From assembly GCF_963921235.1 (NCBI RefSeq), contig NC_086097.1:81842001-81906000 (forward strand): a DNA stretch of 64,000 nt, in the 5' to 3' direction. The DNA is from Mobula hypostoma. Taxonomy: Eukaryota. Shown piece by piece: positions 38,031 through 50,004 of this stretch. Made by a program: the position numbers and the translations under genes. The number at the start of each line of letters is the position of its first letter. Within the stretch, counting starts at the first letter, position 1. The notes below the pieces were generated by a model. It was not told the DNA's origin. It searched no databases and saw only the letters and a program-made list of their open reading frames with translations.

Positions 38031-41000
38031 AAAACATTCAACATTTACCACCTTTTTCAAGTGAGTCCCTGCCCAGACAGTGAATCATATCATGGGAAAT
38101 TTTCACCCTATGTCATCAACTCACTCAGCAACCAGACAAGATCATCAATTCCGGCACTTGCTTCAACAGTGCGCTGGAAATATTAGTGAGTCACTCCCGA
38201 ATTTGCCAGTTTTCTTTCACAGAATTATATACAGGAAAATAGTGACCACCTGCCATTTTTATGAGGAGTTATTACATTTTATGGGAAAAATCATTTGAAA
38301 AATACTTAAAATGAAAGAACATACTGTGCCACTTGGAAGCAGAAAGTCCGAAGTATTTTCAGCTGTTTGCCTCCCTGTCTCATGTTAGTTATTGAGCGCA
38401 GGCCAAGTAAGTGATGAAGTTAACCATCTGCATTCCCCATTACAAAGCTCCAGTCTGATTAAGTGAATTATCTGCCTGGACGTTGAGTCCTAAGGACATC
38501 AACCCTGTGATTGTAATTTTTCAGACCCGGACACGACACTGCTGGTGGATTTGGTCTTGGTGTTCATTCTAATTAAGTTATAATTTTGCACCTGGTAAAC
38601 ATTTTTTTCTCTTTCATTGTTTTTTAGTATTTAGCTAGCACATTGAGAGAGTGAATCCTGGCTTCCTGCTGTGCTCTTTGTGTGTGAGATGTGGGAACGC
38701 TGGGAGACCTGATAACTGCGTCTGCATGAGGTGCATCCAGCTGCAGCTCCTCACAAACCATCTTGAGGGACTAGAGAGGCAGCTCGATGACCTTCAGCTC
38801 ATATGGGAGAATGAGGAGGTAATAGATAGGAGATACAGGGAGGCAGTCGCCCCAAGTTACAGAAGACAGGTAACTGGGTGACTGTCAGGAAAAAGGAGGG
38901 AAATGGACAGCCAGTGCTAAGTACCACTGTGGCCATTCCCCAATGATAAGAAAGCTCTTTCGATACTGTTGGGGGGAGGAGATACAACCTATTGAAGGGG
39001 GGGGGGGGATGCCACAGTGACCAGTCTCTCGCTCTCAGTCTGGGTATGTGGCTCGGAAGGGAAGGGGGAAGAGAGAAGTGCTGTATTGCTAGGGGATGCA
39101 GTGGATGTGAAAGAGACACCCAAGTGCCAGGGTCAGGGATGTCTTGGATCTGATCCACTGCATTCTAAAGGGGGAAGGTGAAAAGCCAGTAGTTGCAGTA
39201 CATATTGGTACCAATGATATAAGTAGGAAAAGGGATGAGGTCTTGAAGAGAGAATATAGGGGGTTAGGTAGAAAGCTGAACAGCAGGGTCGTAATCTCTG
39301 GATTGCTGCCTGCACCATACACCAGTGAGGGTAAGAATAGGATGATTTGGCAGCTGAATGTGTGGCTGAGAAATTGGTGCAGGGAGCAAGCAGATTTCTG
39401 GTTCATGAGAATCTGTGCAGGGGGAAGGTATGACCTGTTCCAAAATGATGGGTTATACCGTATCTGAACTCAAGGGGCACCAATATCCTTGCAGGCGGTT
39501 TTGTTAGAGTTGTTGAGGAGAGTTTGAGCTAATTTGGAAAAGAAGGTGGGAATCGGAGTGATACAGATGAGGATGGGGTAGTTGTATACAAGTAGACTCA
39601 GTGCGCAGTGAGAATGTGAGGAAGGACAGCTAGAGATTGGAAGGTATGATGTTTTGGGTTTCACTGAGTCATGGTTGAAAGAAGAAATCAAATCCTTAGA
39701 AAAAGATGACATAGGATCAGAAGATTTAGAATCCTTGTGGGTAGAGTTAAGAAACTGCAAGGATAAAAAAATCTTGATTGAAGTTATATACAAGCTTCCA
39801 AACAGTAGCCAGGACGTGGAGTACATATTACAAAGGAAGATAGAAAACACTTGTAAGAAGGCAAATATTACAATATTCATGAGGGATTTCAACATGCAGG
39901 TAGATTGGGAAAATCAGGTTGGTGCTGAATCTCGCAAGATGGAATTTATAGAATACTTATGAGATGGCTTTTTAGAGCAGCTTGTGGCTGAGCCCATTAG
40001 CGAAAAGGCAATCCTGCATTCAGTGCTGTGTAATGAACCAGATTTGATTAGGGAGCTTAAGGTAAAGGAACTCATCGGAGACTGTGATCAGAATATGACT
40101 GCTGTTTGCAGTTTGAGAGGGAGAAGATGAAGTCAGATGTATCAGTACTACAACGGAGCAAGGGGAATTACAAAGGCATGAGAGAGGAAAGTTGAATGGA
40201 ATGAGACACAAGCGGGAATGACAACAGAACAGCAATGGCTGATGTTTCTGGGAGGGGCGGGGTAAATTGGGAAGGTGCAGGATAGATACATCACAAAAAT
40301 GAATGAGTATTCTAAAAGGAGGACAAGGCAACCATGTCTGACAAGGGAAATCAAAGAAAGCATAGAAGGAAAAAAGAGGACATATAATACAGTAAAAATT
40401 ATTTGGAAGTTAGAGGATTAGGGAGCTTTTAAAAACCAACAGAAGGGAACTAAAAAAGCCATAAGGAGAGAAAGGATAAAATATGAAGGTAAGCTACCCA
40501 ATAATATAAAAGAGGATATATAAAGAATCAAAGGGAGGTGAGAATGGATATCGGACCACTGGAAAATGACACTAGAGAAGCATGGTGAACAAACGTTATA
40601 AGTATTTTGCATCAGTCTTCACTGTGGAGGATCCCAGCAGTATACCAGAAATTGGAGAGTGTTGGACGACAGAAGTGAGTGTAGTTGCTATTACAAAGGA
40701 GCAGATGCTTGGGAAGTTGAAAGGTCTGAAAAGATGTGCTGGCATTGGAGAGGATTCACAAGAGAAATTCTGGGAATAAAAGAAGAAGGTTCACAAGAAA
40801 AATTCGGGAATAAAAGTGTTATCATATGAGGAGCTTTTAATGGCTCTGGGCCTGTACTCACTGGAGTTTAAAAGAATGAGGAGGTGGTCATGTTAAAAAA
40901 TATCAAATATTGAAAGGCCTAGATAGAGTGCATGTGGAGTGGATGTATCCTATAGTGGAGGAGTCTAAGACCAGATGGCACAGCCTCAGAATAGGGGTCA

Positions 41001-41145
41001 TCCATTTGGAACAGAGATGAGGAGGAACTTCTTTAGCCAGAGGGTGGTGAATCAGTGCAATTAATTGCCACAGACGGCTGTGGAGGCTAAGATATCGGTT
41101 GTATAAAGCAGAGATTGATAGTTTAGTGATAAGTAAGAGCATGAA

Positions 41146-41339
41146 GGGGTGTATGGGGTGTCAGGGAGGGGTAGCACCTCTGGTGGAGGAACATGTCGCG
41201 TCCTTTTCAAGGCGGTTAGTCCACCTTTGGTCCCAACCTGGCACTCAGCTCTCACATGTGGCTCCCCGTAGCTGTTTGCATGTGACAGTGGCCACACCCC
41301 GGGCAACGGCTTCGACAAGCCGGCTAAACCAGGTGAGGG
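41146..41339 (+). ncRNA. HDV-like self-cleaving ribozyme candidate
   Basis: P1 GGGGTGT(41146-52)/ACACCCC(41294-300); P3 GGC(41260-62)/GCC(41291-93); L3 TCCCCGT; P1.1 GG(41301-02); GCAA; P4 CGGCTT-CGAC-AAGCCG; J4/2 GCTAA with C41324; P2 CTCTCACATGT/ACCAGGTGAGGG with one mismatch and one bulge. Confidence 0.75.
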
Positions 41340-41708
41340 TAGCCGATGGGTCTCAAACCCTCGGTGAGATAGGGAGTTGTCTATCCCAGCATGTGATGAC
41401 AGACTCCGGCGGATTGAGCGGACAAGACCGATGGAAGGTCCAATGGTCAAGAAGGCGGTCTCTGCAAGCGTCATGGAACGTGTAGAGCAGGACAAGACAC
41501 AGAAGATTTCCTGATCATCCACTGCGCCTGGTCCCATCTCCAGCCGTCTAGACTCTGTCTTGCCATTGGATCCAGATGGGAATTGGGAAGAGAGAGTGAG
41601 GCTGACACTGCGCAACTCTCCCTCACTTAAATCCAAATCACGCGCTAGTCTCGACACCATCATAATGGTGTCGAGGTCCTCATCGACGTCAACGATGGAC
41701 AAACAACC
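41146..41708 (+). mobile_element. 563-bp non-autonomous retroelement (SINE-like, RTE-5'UTR-like body) with a ribozyme head
   Basis: Perfect 12-bp TSD TAAGAGCATGAA (41134-41145, 41709-41720). CpG-rich, no credible ORF, 3' stem-loops and an AAACAACC tail. Confidence 0.85.
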
Positions 41709-42327
41709 TAAGAGCATGAAAGTTTACGGGGAAAATTGGTTTGAGACATAAATTGAATCAGCCATGATGGAATGGTGCAACAGACTTGACGGGTCAAATG
41801 GCCTAATTCTATTCCAATGGTACTGTGCTAGTATGGAAATAACAACATAAATGTCTGTATGTAGCTAGGGCGCCTAAGACTTTTGCGCAGTACTGTAGTA
41901 ATTTTCTGTATTGCACTGTACTGTTGCCACAAAAAAAATTCATGACATATGCGAGTGATGATAAACCTGATTCTGATACGGGTCTCTATTGTGGACTGAG
42001 AGTGGAAAAGGAGCAGGGAGAGGGAAATCATGATTGGGAAAAGGGGAAGGAAGAGGAAAAGGAGCAGGAAGCACCAAAGATATTCTGTAATGATCAATAA
42101 ACCAATTGTTTGGAATCAAATGACCTTTCCTGGTGGACTCAGGGCTGGGTATCTTGCCCTACACCATCCCCAGTCCCTGGCATTCCTTCTTTGCACCTAC
42201 CCCACACCTCTCCTGCAGTGCTCTACCCTTGGCACTCTCAACATCCTTTGCTCATACCAGCTTTACAAACTCACTCACCACCCCACGTAGAGAAATACAG
42301 TGCTGTGCAAAAGTCTAGGGCACCCTA

Positions 42328-42484
42328 ACACAAAGAAATCTGCAGATGCTGGAATTTCAAGCAACACACATGAAAGTTGCTAGTGAACACAGCAGGCCAG
42401 GCAGCGTCTATTGGAAGAGGTACAGTTGATGTTTCAGGCCGAGACCCTTTGTCAGGACTAACTGAAAGAAGAGCTAGTAAGAGA
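42328..42484 (-). repeat. Short Penelope-derived repeat with decayed hammerhead, inserted into a small CAGT-terminated MITE-like repeat (42297-42530)
   Basis: TSD TAGGGCACCCTA at 42316-42327 and 42485-42496. Confidence 0.8.
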
Positions 42485-42835
42485 TAGGGCACCCTAGCTG
42501 TTTATATGTTCCTGAGAATTTTGCAGTGTATATCTTATGGTCTTAAATACAAGCCAGAAGTTCACTGTGCACATTGATAATATCAAACCCATGGCAAAAG
42601 GCATGAGACTGAAACGTTTATGTGAGATTATAAATCGAAGGAGAAGAAACTCATTTTAATACTTGACATGTATTCTGGCTTGAATGACGTTACCACATCT
42701 GCTGCACTTAGTAATGTAAGTGGAGGAATAGAAAAAGCAACGTGAAGGTACATAAAAGTTCTTTAGTTTCTTATTTTCTTGAGTTTACATACCTGTCACC
42801 AACACTGCAGCACAATCTACAGAACACATGCAATT

Positions 42836-43375
42836 CATGTTCCCTCTAAGGTGTGTGAACATGTGCGCACGCTCAGATCTTTTTCTACTGGCGCACAAAG
42901 GAATATAAACTGCACAGAAAAGGTTGTCACCCTCTACCTCGTTGCCATGTTAAGTATATTTCACAACCTTACACAATCACGTTTCCTTTTCCGACTTCTG
43001 ATGAGGACAGGGTTGACAACATGGGGTTTGTGATGACTTGTCTGCAGGTTTTAGAAGTGGCTTATTTATACTATTTTTATTGAAGAAATTATTGATTCAC
43101 TATGTAAAATTCCAAAGAAGCAAAGGGCGTGAAGTACAAAAAAACTGCTAGTTCATTTAAAGCAGAATGGCTTAATGAAACAGTAGAAACTGCTATATTG
43201 AAAGCTCATGAGTTCAGGAACGTGAAGCTATGAGAAATATTTAAGTACGCTACAGGAACTGGTGTTACCTGTGTGTATTATCACGATGCAAGTTGCTGGA
43301 GAAATTTCAAGTGGGAAGAAGTGGAGTAATGTTTGGAAACTTGACTTTTTAAGCATCATTTAGCAAGCAAATCAC
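42836..43375 (+). mobile_element. 5' end of a hAT (Tip100-like) DNA transposon, decayed
   Basis: Terminus-like CATGTTCCCTCTAAG, then SSFKAEWLNETVET...VTCVYYHDA...WKLDF..HHLASKS, resembling the N-terminal zinc finger of hAT transposases. Confidence 0.6.
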
Positions 43376-44845
43376 TGCTTTTCCTATGTGCTTTTTCCGT
43401 CTCCTGGTGTATTTAGTACCTGACATCTTGACTACTGTTTGGAGGCAGTCCCATTGGGGTTTATTTAATTTTACAGTTCCTCACATCTGTTCACAATGAT
43501 TCTACATTTTCTGATGTAATATTTCTCTTTGCTGTTGATTTAATTAGATTTTTACCAACAGTGCCATTTCTCCTCCTTAGCCCACTCACCTGTCTTTTCC
43601 ATGGGGTGCATACACTTGGATGTTCAGCTCCCAACTCTGATTCTCCTTCAGCCATGTCTCCACAATATTGTGCCCACCATTCTCAATCGGTGCTGTTAAC
43701 TCATTTACCTTGTTAGGCATGCTATGTGCAATCAAATACCACACCTTCAGTCCTCTATTCATTACCTCCCCTCTCAACGTCATCTCCAAGTTGCCTGAAA
43801 TTAGATTTGGAGGTGTTTCATTTTGGAAGGTCAAAAATAATGGCAGAATATAGTATTAGTGGTAAGACTCCTGGCAGTGTGGAGGATCAGAGGGATCTTG
43901 GGGTCCGAGTCCACAGGACACTCAAAGCTGCTGAGCAGGTTGACTCTGTGGTTAAGAAAGCATACGGTGCAGTGGCCTTCATCAATCTTGGGATTGAGTT
44001 CAAGTGCCGAGAGGTAATGTTGCAGCTACATAGAACCCCAGTCAGACCCCAATTGGAGTACTGTGCTCAGTTCTGGTCGCCTCACTACAGGAAGGATGTG
44101 GAAAGCATAGAAAGGATATGGAAACCATAGAAAGGGTGCAGAGGAGATTTACAAGGATGTTGGCCATATTGGGGAGAAATAGATTGAGTGAACTCGGCCT
44201 TTTTCCCTTGCAGCGACAGAGGATGAGTGGTGACCTGATAGAGGTGTATAAGATGATGAGTGACATTGATTGTGTGGACAGTCAGAGACTTTTTCCTAGG
44301 GCTGAAATGGCTAGCACAAGAGGACACAATTTTAAGGTGCTTGGAAGTAGGTACAGAGATGTCAGGGGTAAGTTTTTTTACACAGAGAGTGGTGAGTGTG
44401 TGGAATGGGCCGCCAACAACGGTGGTGGAGGCGGAATTGATAGGGTCTTTTAAGAGACTGCTGGATAGGTACATGGAGCTCAGAAAAATAGAGGGCTGTG
44501 GGTAACCCTAAGTAATTTCTAAGGTAAGGACATGTTCGGCACAGTTTTGTGGGCTGAATGGCTTTTATTGTGCTGTGAGTTTTCTATGTTTCTTTATTGC
44601 TAAGTTTTCCTAAACCCTTTGTCCTATATATTTTATTTCATTCTGGAAACTTCAACAACCTTTCCTGCATTTTCCTTCCCTTTAATGTTTTCATTGAACC
44701 CACTGTTTAGTTTAAAGCCCTACCTCTAGACATACAGTCATTATGCAGTTCACTAGGGCACTGGTTTCAGCATGATTGAAGAGCCTCTCCCACTGGAACA
44801 GCTCCTTTCTTTCCCAGTACTGGTGCTAATGCCCTAAGAATTCAA
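43375..44845 (-). mobile_element. Degraded CR1 APE region (minus strand), split by a plus-strand CR1
   Basis: GLKVWYLIAHSMPNKVNEL...VETWL (43586-43834); 44590-44845 is colinear with 8990-9130 and 9910-10030. Confidence 0.7.
43780..44595 (+). mobile_element. CR1 3' fragment
   Basis: EVFHFGR...DQRDLGV...LEYCAQFWSPHYRKD; 20-bp tandem duplication at ~44097-44135; tail ttctatgtttct. Confidence 0.9.
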
Positions 44846-45330
44846 AGTGGCACCTGCTAAAATATTCCACGCTTCTTACAGAAGAGCAAGTCACAATAGC
44901 CATGATTTTTTATGCTCCTGGTTGCCTTCCAGACCAGAACAGCAGTATTTCCCATTTTATAGCACACTACTAAATTAGGAGCTTGCAAAACTCACTGCCC
45001 TAGGAAAGCATAATTTTCCTCTTTCTCCCTGGCTGGAAAGCAAAAAGAATTGCAAGCACTTGGCAACGCCAAGATTTATGACTTCTGAATGGAGCAGGGT
45101 GTCATTGCACTAAGATGTAATGCATTCAGAAAGATGTTAATTGCAGAACTACTTAAAGGTCAGCTTTAAGTAATACAAGGAAGACATCCTACAGTCTAAC
45201 ACTGGGATCTTAGTAATAAATGTGGATACAAATTTTATGTATGGCCTACACTTGCAAGTATTGAAATGGTGCATGGAAAAAGCTCAATTCAGATGCATGT
45301 CCTAGAGTGAAAGATTTGTTAGCCAAACGT

Positions 45331-46106
45331 TCAAAGTTCAAAGTACATTTATTATCCAAGTATGTATACATTATACAAGCTTGAGATCCGTCTCCTTACA
45401 GCCAGCCACAAAACAAAGAAACCTAAAAGAACCCATAAAAAAAGGCCGTCAAACACCCAATGTGCAGAGGGAGTGGAAAAAAACAAATTGTGCAAACAAT
45501 AAAAGTAAGCAAATAGCATTCAGAACAAAAATGATAAGAAGCTCAGATCAGCTAAAGCAGGCCACAGTCGGAGCTTCAGTTTACCACAGAGCCGAGTATA
45601 TGTCATGGAGTTGGGGCAGACCCGGCTCGACCATCGCCTCTTGTTCCGACACTCTGCCTTTTCAATCCATCTGGCCCGACGTTTAAATCGCCCAAACATC
45701 GGGGCATTCCTTGCACTAAGGACCTGGGCCCTGTCACACCAATATGCTCGGAGCCATGTAACGGCTTGCATTTGACCTTTCCAAATCAGCCTGGCACTTA
45801 GATTGATCAAACCTCACTCTCGGTTTAAGTGGATGGGCCTCAAATTTGCCTCTCCTCCACTTCCGACTTTGCTCCACTTCACTTGCCCCAACTTTGCCTC
45901 GAACACGCCTCAACCACGCTTCAACTTCTCCTCGTACCTGCACGCTTCAACCCTAGATCTAGCATTGCCTTCACTCACCTTTCCATTGACTGTGGTGATT
46001 GTTTACCATAAATATTACGAAAAGTGTTATTAATAAACTTAATTGTTTCCTTTGTTTCGTTTGCCACCAGTAAGTAGTCGCAGGGTGTCACCAGCGCCAT
46101 CTTAAA
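45331..46106 (-). mobile_element. ~775-bp non-coding retroelement with AAGATGGCG head and Rex1-like (TTTGAAC)n tail
   Basis: Minus strand begins TTTAAGATGGCGCTGG and ends AATAAATGTACTTTGAACTTTGA; CpG-rich. Confidence 0.65.
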
Positions 46107-46245
46107 CCGAACTCTTCAAATTCAAAATTCACAAGGATAATCATGTAATAATTTAGTATTCTCAGCTCTTTTTGTTTTACCTTTGTGTGATTGATGAAGA
46201 CTGTTGAAATCATGTGAAGAAGTGTCAAAGACAAAGAACTGAATT

Positions 46246-47249
46246 TGTCATAAAGGGGGAAATGGGAGCAGACCCAAATGCAAAACACAGACACTGAAGT
46301 ACTAGGAACAGGACTCAGAGTGTCAAGAAAGCAAGGGAAGTGGGGAAAGAAAGGATGCTGGACATTGACACAGGCCCTGGATGAGAGATGCAGGGCCTGA
46401 GCTAGGCAAGCAGGACCAGGACAAGGAACTGGGAACTAGGAGCCTGGGCATGGACTCTGAGGCAGAGACTGGACAAGGACCCGGAACCTGGGTCTTGACT
46501 CGGGCTCGGACCCCGGAACTAGGCGAGGACATGAAGTGGCTACAGGACTAGACATGGCTTGGGTTCCTCAAGGCGAGGATATGACGAGGCTTGAGTTCTT
46601 TGAGGCGAGGACATGACGAGGCTTGGGTTCAGACTCTGAGCCAGAGACTGGACAAGGACCCAGAATCTGGGTCTTGACTTGGGCTCGGACTCCTGGACAG
46701 GACAAGACGAGGGAATGCAGAGCCTTGATCGAGGGAGACAGGAACACAGAGCCTTGCTAGAGGGAGACAGGAACGCTGAACCTTGGTCGAGAGCATGGGA
46801 ACACAGGGACATGGAACACAGAGCCAGGACCCCTCCTTGGGTAAAGGACATAGGACCAGGACTCATACACAGAATGCTGAACATGACAGGACAGCTCCCA
46901 ACACTAGGTAGTGGCAAACAGCCGGACCTACCTAGCGAAGGCATGGGCACAGAGACAGTTTCAACTCAAGGAAAGAAAGTTCCTTATCTTGACACAGCAA
47001 GGCTCCGGACACAGTTTGCAGGGCAAGTCTTCAGGCCAAGGCTTCAGGCAGAGGTTGAAGGGAAGGGAAGGGAACAGTCCAGTAACTGAAGCTGAACCAA
47101 GGAGCTATTTATGCAGCCAGCCCAAAATGTGAATCATGTGCCTCAATTAAGGCACACAACAGGACAAGGGAAAACCAGAAAACCTGGAATATGGATCGAT
47201 GGACCAGACCGTGAACTGGAATGCGGACATCACGTACCAGACCATGATA
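46246..47249. mobile_element. Solo LTR (1004 bp) with internal tandem repeats
   Basis: TGTCAT...ATGATA termini (CA>TA change). 5-bp TSD GAATT at 46241-46245 and 47250-47254. About 60-bp unit repeated at 46452 and 46632. Confidence 0.8.
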
Positions 47250-47699
47250 GAATTTGACAGCATAAGGAAGCTAGGTTTACATCAGTGAAGCCAAACCTTA
47301 ACTAGGGGTATTCATAGTTTAATATTTAATGCAAATTCTGTTTACCAGCTTAAGGATCTCCTCCAGATTCATCTTGTAAAAGATTGTTGACAAGTAATAT
47401 TCAGCATATGAATAACTACAAAAGTAAACAGGATGTAATACCAAAGATTCAATTAAAATCAATGTAATTTTAATGGATGATGTAAATGCCTCCTCATAAA
47501 CCAGCATATCTACTCATTTGAATAAATGAGTCTTGCTCCCCAGGGAAACATAAGTGACAAGGACAAGAGCGGGAATATTAATGAAACATTCATCATTAAG
47601 TATAATTATAGCTTCCTTAAGAAACAAGTGGGGGGAAATCATTCAGCTTATTGTAGTACAAAGAAAAGGAAAACATGCCAGAGGGTTGGGCTGAAATAA

Positions 47700-48330
47700 G
47701 ACTATAAGGCCATAAGATACAGGAGCAAAATTAGGTCATTTGGCTCATCGAGCCTGCTCCACCATTTCATCCATTTCCCTCTCAGTCACAATCTCCCCCA
47801 TATCCCTTCATGCCCTGACTAATCAAGGATGCATCAACCTCTGCTTTAAATATACCCTATGACCTGGGCTCCACAGCCACTTGTGACAACAAATCCATAC
47901 AGGTTCACCATTCCCTAGCTAAGGAAATTCCTCCTCCATTCTAAATAGGCATCCCTATATGCTAAGGCTCTATCCTCTGGTCTTAGACTCTTCCATCATA
48001 GGAAAGATCCTTTCTATATCCACACTGTTGAAGTCTTTCAACATTCTATAGTTTTCAATGAGGTCACCACTCAATCTTCTGAAATCCAGCAAATACAGGG
48101 TCAGAGCTATCAAACACTCTTCATTTGACAAGCCATTCAATCCTGGAATCATTTTCATGAATTTCCTTTGAACCCTCTCCAATGTCAGCACATCCTTTCT
48201 CAGTTAAGAGGTTCAAAACTGCTCACAATACTCCAAGGGCAGCCACACCAGTGCCTTATAAACTTTCAACATTACATCCTTGCTTTTATATTCTAGTCCG
48301 CCAAAATTAATGCTAACATCGCATTTGCCT
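47700..48330 (-). mobile_element. CR1 3' fragment
   Basis: LTLERVQRKFMKMIPGL...GDLIE (47970-48191) plus 3' UTR. Confidence 0.85.
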
Positions 48331-48789
48331 TTTGTACTAAATCTTGTGTTAAAAATGTCCCCTCAACAAACACCACTATATCAACCACCTTACCACATAA
48401 ACAGTGCATGCAAATGGATGTAGCTTCCTTCACATCTCCGTTTCTTTCTAGCAGGGTGCTCTGGCATACAACATTGCTTCAAGATTGGCATAATTAACAT
48501 CAGTTCAGTCCCTAAAGTGGGCAAGAATTGTGGAAGCATTTGGAAGAGCTGGGAAAGTATTGTTTTGTCAGCACTTACATTGGAAATGGAAGATAAACCA
48601 CAGGGTACTGATGTCAAAAATCAATGCAGTTTCCATTTTGAAATTCATTTGGCCTGAAAAGGGCAGAGATTGAAAAAGCAGTGGAAGAGATGCAGTTGGA
48701 GTCAGCACAGACACAGCCTTGCACCTAGACAAAGAATCCCAGTCAAGAGAAGGTAGCCGAAGAACCTTAGGGAATATGCTTTTTTCCAT

Positions 48790-49110
48790 GCATTGTTAGC
48801 AGTTGTGTTCAAACTGCTTTTGTTGGATTTGTCAGTAAAACAATGTTTGAGAAGATTACATTTCCACCTGAAGCAATATTTGAACTGTGCCAGCTGTTTC
48901 TCCTTGAAACCACGACCTATTTCAACCAGGGCAATGGCAGTGAAAGCTACAGCTTTGAACTTCAATGGTGGGCATTGTTGGGGGCTTTAAAGGATGCAAA
49001 TCAGTATGCACTGGACAGTGGTCATTCACTTTCCTATCTCTCCAGCAAAACAAACAGCATACGCAACCAGCCTTTTCAGAATGGCGAATTTTCCCATCAT
49101 GCACATAAGG
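48790..49110 (+). pseudogene. PIF/Harbinger transposase N-terminal fossil
   Basis: Across frames LDLSVKQCLRRLHF / EAIFELCQL / RAMAVKATALNF / HFPISPAKQ...FRMANFP follows the HARBI1-like HTH region. Confidence 0.6.
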
Positions 49111-50004
49111 ACATGTTGCCTGGTCAAGATTATTGGACCTTGATGTTACTCGTGGGCCTTATCTTCTCAAACAAACCTATGGTCATTCATTTGCCGGTGA
49201 TGAAAAGTTACCCTAGAGATCAAAATGCATAAATGTCTAGGCATTGCTTTGTGCTGAGTTTCAGGCGTGGCAAAATCTGAATGGTTATTCGAAAACTAAA
49301 TTTTTGTTCTGGAACTGTACACACTCACCACAGTGAAAAACGGTAATGGCTGTTGTAATGGACAACATGCATGCAGTTTTCACATGTTTGCTGGGGTAAA
49401 GTATGTTAAATGCAATCAAATTACTTTAGCTGCTACATTATGCTGATGATTTATGATGCACTATAATTACCAGTTTTATGCGGCTGCAGATTGACAAATT
49501 TTAAAATTGGTATTTAAATTGCAAATTTAGTATCACTGTTTGATATCTGTAATAAAACCAAAGCAATTTACTGTAAAGTACTGTCAATGCTATCGCCGCA
49601 GTGTTGTCAATAAATAGGTGTGGTCCAGAAATTGAACTGAGACAGTCCTGTTTTAGAGTCACAGAATCATACAACATTGAATTTCATGCAAAATACATTC
49701 AGAGTCTTCACTTTACTAAACAGGAGCATTTTTGCCAGGTTCATTTTGCCAAAACAGGAGACTTCCAGGGACAAAACAAATTAGATATCCATTTTCCAAA
49801 TAGCTTCCTGTTTCAGCCTCCTTCTGCAAAACTGGATTGCCCAGGCTGACCTACTTTTAGGAAAAATGGGTGGACCTTTGTCTTCCTGATTGTCACTTTT
49901 GATGTGAATTTAACCCGTCTCTGATTATGACTTCACGAGTCACAATTACCCCCACTGGTAAGACAAACATTTGCAATCCATCTTTAGTTGTTTGTGATCC
50001 AGCT

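Larger units (their letters stand above)
38640..41815 (+). mobile_element. Degraded, internally deleted CR1 (ORF1 zf/lz, esterase, APE, 3' end), interrupted at 41146-41708
   Basis: CSLC...CMRCIQLQLL...LERQLDDL; VHIGTNDI; ESLWVELRN...RDFN; CR1 3' UTR. Confidence 0.85.

Noticed and set aside
41061..41717. 218-aa minus-strand ORF
   Set aside because: Antisense to the GC-rich ribozyme element; no recognisable motif; crosses the element boundaries.
46400..46800. Repeat array resembling CRISPR
   Set aside because: Irregular degenerate units without unique spacers, inside a eukaryotic LTR; no cas genes.
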